Below, piece after piece: positions 29,477-32,000 of a stretch of 32,000 bases of DNA. The stretch's first letter is position 1. The number at the start of each line of letters is the position of its first letter. Origin of the DNA: Schaalia odontolytica (GTDB taxonomy: Bacteria; Actinomycetota; Actinomycetes; Actinomycetales; Actinomycetaceae). The position numbers and the translations under genes are program-made. Location: positions 540,001 to 572,000 of the forward strand of contig NZ_CP040006.1 in assembly GCF_005696695.1 (NCBI RefSeq). Direction: 5' to 3'. The notes under the pieces are model-generated. The model did no database searches, was not told where the DNA came from, and saw only the letters and a program-made list of their open reading frames with translations.

Positions 29477-31318
29477 ATGTCCGTCTCCCTGGACAACCTG
29501 GAACCCGTCGACGTGCGCCCCATCAAGCGGGCCCTGATCTCTGTGTATGACAAGACGGGCTTGGAGGACCTTGCTCGCGCCCTTGGCGAGGCCGGCGTGG
29601 AGATCGTCTCCACCGGCTCCACGGCTGCCCGCATCGCGGCCGCTGGCGTGGCCGTGACCCCGGTCGACGACGTGACCGGTTTCCCCGAGGTGCTCGAGGG
29701 GCGCGTGAAGACCCTGCACCCCTTCATCCATTCCGGCATCCTGGCCGATCAGCGTAAGGCTGCGCACCGCGAGCAGATCGCGCAGCTGGGCATCAAGGCC
29801 TTCGACCTGGTCGTGTGCAACCTGTACCCGTTCCAGGACACGGTCGCCTCGGGCGCGTCCTTCGATGAGTGCGTTGAGCAGATCGATATTGGTGGTCCTT
29901 CCATGGTGCGCGCCGCCGCGAAGAACCATCCGTCGGTTGCGGTCGTGACTTCCCCGGAGCGTTACGCGGATGTGGCCGAGGCCGTGGCGGGGGAGGGCTT
30001 CACCCTCGAGCAGCGCCGCGTCCTGGCCGCCGAGGCCTTCGCCCACACGGCGACCTACGACCTGGCGATCGCCGGCTGGCTGGCCGACGAGCTGGATCTT
30101 GAGGACGTGCGCGAGACCCTTGACGATGCCGCCGAGACCCACCTGGACGCCTCCGACGCGGCGTTCTTGGAGTCCCTGGGCTACCAGGCCGAGGAAGACT
30201 ACGTGGTGGAGGCCCCCGAGGAGGAGGGGCAGGCCTCGGGCATGCCCGTGTTCGTCGCCGACGCGTTCGAGCGTGTGGAGTCGCTGCGCTACGGCGAGAA
30301 CCCGCACCAGGGTGCGGCCGTCTACCGTGAGATCGATGAGTCCTTCGAGGACGAGGAGGCCGACGACGAGGCCTTGGCCCCGGGCATCGCGAATGCGCGC
30401 CAGCTGCATGGCAAGGCCATGAGCTACAACAACTACACGGATGGCGACGCCGCCCTGCGCGCCGCCTACGATCACGAGCGCCCCTGCGTCGCGATCATCA
30501 AGCACGCGAACCCCTGCGGCATCGCGGTGGCTGACGATGTGGCCGAGGCGCACCGCCTCGCGCACGCCTGCGACCCCGTGTCGGCGTTCGGCGGCGTGAT
30601 CGCCGTGAACCGCCCGGTGAGCGTGGAGCTGGCCCGCCAGATCGTCCCGATCTTCACCGAGGTCGTGCTGGCACCCGATTACGAGGAGGGCGCGCTCGAG
30701 GTGCTGAGCACGAAGAAGAACCTGCGCGTCCTGCAGGTTGAGCCCCCGGCTCGCGGCTCGTACGAGTTCAAGCAGATCAGCGGCGGACTGCTGGTCCAGG
30801 AGCGCGACGATATTGACGCGCCCGGCGATTCCCCGGAGAACTGGACGCTCGCGGCCGGCGCTCCCGCCGACGAGGCGACGCTGGCGGATCTGGAGTTCGC
30901 GTGGCGCACGGTGCGCGCGGTGCGCTCGAACGCGATCCTGCTGGTTAAGGATGGCGCCTCGGTGGGTGTGGGCATGGGCCAGGTGAACCGCGTGGACTCC
31001 TGCAAGCTGGCGGTTGAGCGTGCGAACACGCTGGGCTCGCGCTCGACGGGTGATGCGGCGGCGTCCAACGTGGACAGTGCGGGCGGCGCTCGCGCGTCCG
31101 AGGTTGTGGCCGAGGCTCCCGAGCAGCGTTCCATCGGCGCGGTTGCGGCGTCGGATGCGTTCTTCCCCTTCGCGGATGGCCTGCAGGTGCTCATTGATGC
31201 GGGCGTGAAGGCTGTCGTTCAGCCCGGTGGTTCCGTGCGTGACCAGGAGTCGATCGACGCGGCGAACGCTGCGGGCATCACGATGTACCTGACGGGGACG
31301 CGCCACTTCGCGCACTGA
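29477..31318 (+). CDS. purH: Bifunctional AICAR formyltransferase / IMP cyclohydrolase
   Basis: MGS-like IMPCH domain ([35 protein letters not shown]) and AICARFT domain (YGENPHQ, LSYNN, KH.NPCG, AFFPF.DG, QPGGS.RD). GGAGG RBS at 29468-29472. Confidence 0.95.
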   Translation: MSVSLDNLEPVDVRPIKRALISVYDKTGLEDLARALGEAGVEIVSTGSTAARIAAAGVAVTPVDDVTGFPEVLEGRVKTLHPFIHSGILADQRKAAHREQIAQLGIKAFDLVVCNLYPFQDTVASGASFDECVEQIDIGGPSMVRAAAKNHPSVAVVTSPERYADVAEAVAGEGFTLEQRRVLAAEAFAHTATYDLAIAGWLADELDLEDVRETLDDAAETHLDASDAAFLESLGYQAEEDYVVEAPEEEGQASGMPVFVADAFERVESLRYGENPHQGAAVYREIDESFEDEEADDEALAPGIANARQLHGKAMSYNNYTDGDAALRAAYDHERPCVAIIKHANPCGIAVADDVAEAHRLAHACDPVSAFGGVIAVNRPVSVELARQIVPIFTEVVLAPDYEEGALEVLSTKKNLRVLQVEPPARGSYEFKQISGGLLVQERDDIDAPGDSPENWTLAAGAPADEATLADLEFAWRTVRAVRSNAILLVKDGASVGVGMGQVNRVDSCKLAVERANTLGSRSTGDAAASNVDSAGGARASEVVAEAPEQRSIGAVAASDAFFPFADGLQVLIDAGVKAVVQPGGSVRDQESIDAANAAGITMYLTGTRHFAH

Positions 31319-31338
31319 TCATTCCTGTTCATGGGCTC

Positions 31339-31373
31339 CAGGGGGCGAGCGCCGGTGTGGCGCTCGCCCCCTG
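31339..31373 (+). terminator. Hairpin downstream of purH (15-bp perfect stem, 5-nt loop)
   Basis: CAGGGGGCGAGCGCC (31339-31353), loop GGTGT, then GGCGCTCGCCCCCTG (31359-31373). Located 20 nt after the purH stop. Confidence 0.6.
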
Positions 31374-31391
31374 AGATCTGTGCCCGTGTGC

Positions 31392-31433
31392 TTGACAGGG
31401 GAGTGGCGGACAGCATATTGTTCAATTGTTGAA
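31392..31433 (+). promoter_or_regulatory. Candidate bioY promoter (TTGACA-18 nt-TATTGT) with the overlapping palindrome TTCAATTGTTGAA
   Basis: TTGACA at 31392-31397 and TATTGT at 31416-31421. A perfect 5-3-5 palindrome at 31421-31433 sits at the -10/+1 position, where a repressor operator would lie. Confidence 0.45.
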
Positions 31434-31466
31434 TGAAAGGCTGTTAGCCCTGTTGAAAGGTGTCGT

Positions 31467-32000
31467 ATGACCACCCTGACCGCTTCCCCCGTCGCCGCGC
31501 GTGAGAACCGTGTTCTCGCCGACCGCCTCGGTGGCACGATCGCCCGCGAGATCGCCCTGGTGGCGGCTGGCACGATCGCCATGATCGTCCTCGCCCGCAT
31601 CTCGATCCCGCTGCCCTTCACGCCCGTGCCCGTCTCGCTCGGCACGCTGGGTGCCCTCTCGGTCGGCACGGCCCTCGGCGCGCGCCGAGGCCTCGTCTCC
31701 GTCGCTTCGTATGCCCTTCTCGGTATTGTGGGTGTCCCGGTCTTCACCGGCACGAACGTCGGCTGGGCCTTCGCGTCCTTCGGCTACATCCTCGGCTACC
31801 TCCTCGTCGCTGCGATTGCTGGCCTGGCGGCCCAGCGCGGCGCCGACCGTCGCATTGTTACCATGGCGCCGACCGCCGTCGTGTCCCTGTTCTCCGTGTA
31901 CATCCTGGGCCTGGCCTGGATGATCCCCTTCGCGCACATGACCCTCGAGCAGGGTCTGATGAAGGGCTTCGTGCCCTTCATCATCGGCGACCTGGTGAAG
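31467..32000 (+). CDS. bioY: Biotin transporter BioY (ECF S-component type), 5' 178 codons. Truncated by the window end.
   Basis: Absent from the ORF track because there is no in-window stop. ATG 31467 with AAAGG 6 nt upstream. Translation: MTTLTASPVAARENRVLADRL...ARISIPLPFTPVPVSLGTLGALSVGTALGARRGLVSVASYALLGIVGVPVFTG...GYILGYLLVAAIAG...GFVPFIIGDLVK. It carries BioY-like motifs (P.TPVP.SL.T..V.L.G..LG, G.PVF.G, GY..GY, PFI.GD..K). Confidence 0.75.
   Translation, partial: MTTLTASPVAARENRVLADRLGGTIAREIALVAAGTIAMIVLARISIPLPFTPVPVSLGTLGALSVGTALGARRGLVSVASYALLGIVGVPVFTGTNVGWAFASFGYILGYLLVAAIAGLAAQRGADRRIVTMAPTAVVSLFSVYILGLAWMIPFAHMTLEQGLMKGFVPFIIGDLVK

Noticed and set aside
27611-31315. A 1234-aa minus-strand ORF spanning sucD, the PerM-like gene, the riboswitch and purH
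   Set aside because: This is a shadow ORF typical of high-GC DNA, where the antisense frame of GC3-rich genes lacks stop codons. The translation is Arg/Gly/Ala/His/Asp-rich low complexity with no motifs. It runs straight through an intergenic terminator hairpin and a riboswitch. The opposite strand encodes proteins with unambiguous SucD and PurH signatures.
1-32000. Mobile elements, prophage, defence islands, toxin-antitoxin pairs, tRNA/rRNA genes
   Set aside because: I looked for transposase/integrase/recombinase-like translations, terminal inverted repeats flanking gene blocks, tRNA-like cloverleaf segments in intergenic regions, and abrupt multi-kb GC shifts. None were found. The only compositionally deviant stretch is the repeat-filled gap at 24990-25640.

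Overview
High-GC (roughly 65-70%) actinobacterial chromosome, with gene order and protein signatures that look like Actinomycetaceae (Actinomyces/Schaalia); that taxon call is inference only. The window is almost entirely core and housekeeping genes. In order: pmt (partial, minus strand, absent from the ORF track); a TroABCD/MntABCD-type metal ABC importer; rsmI; pncA (-); metG; a complete sucrose PTS regulon (scrB, scrA EIIBCA, scrR (-), ptsH, ptsI); an envelope-stress-like module (small membrane protein and PspC-domain protein on the minus strand, facing a PspC-fused histidine kinase and a NarL/LuxR response regulator); a DUF1846/UPF0371 protein; pcrA/uvrD; a ~920-bp gene-free gap full of degenerate repeats; sucC and sucD; a PerM/DUF6350-like polytopic membrane protein; a ZTP (pfl) riboswitch; purH; and bioY (partial, also absent from the ORF track). 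I found no rRNA, tRNA, CRISPR array, transposase, integrase or recognisable defence genes. The many long antisense ORFs in the track are high-GC shadow ORFs. I see no clear novel multi-gene system. The items most worth a second look are (1) the 42-nt-periodic, two-armed repeat array between pcrA and sucC, (2) the experimentally uncharacterised PspC / PspC-kinase / LuxR module and its G4-N-C4 palindromes, and (3) the ZTP riboswitch, which an ORF track cannot show. All family calls come from reading motifs by eye; no database search was run.
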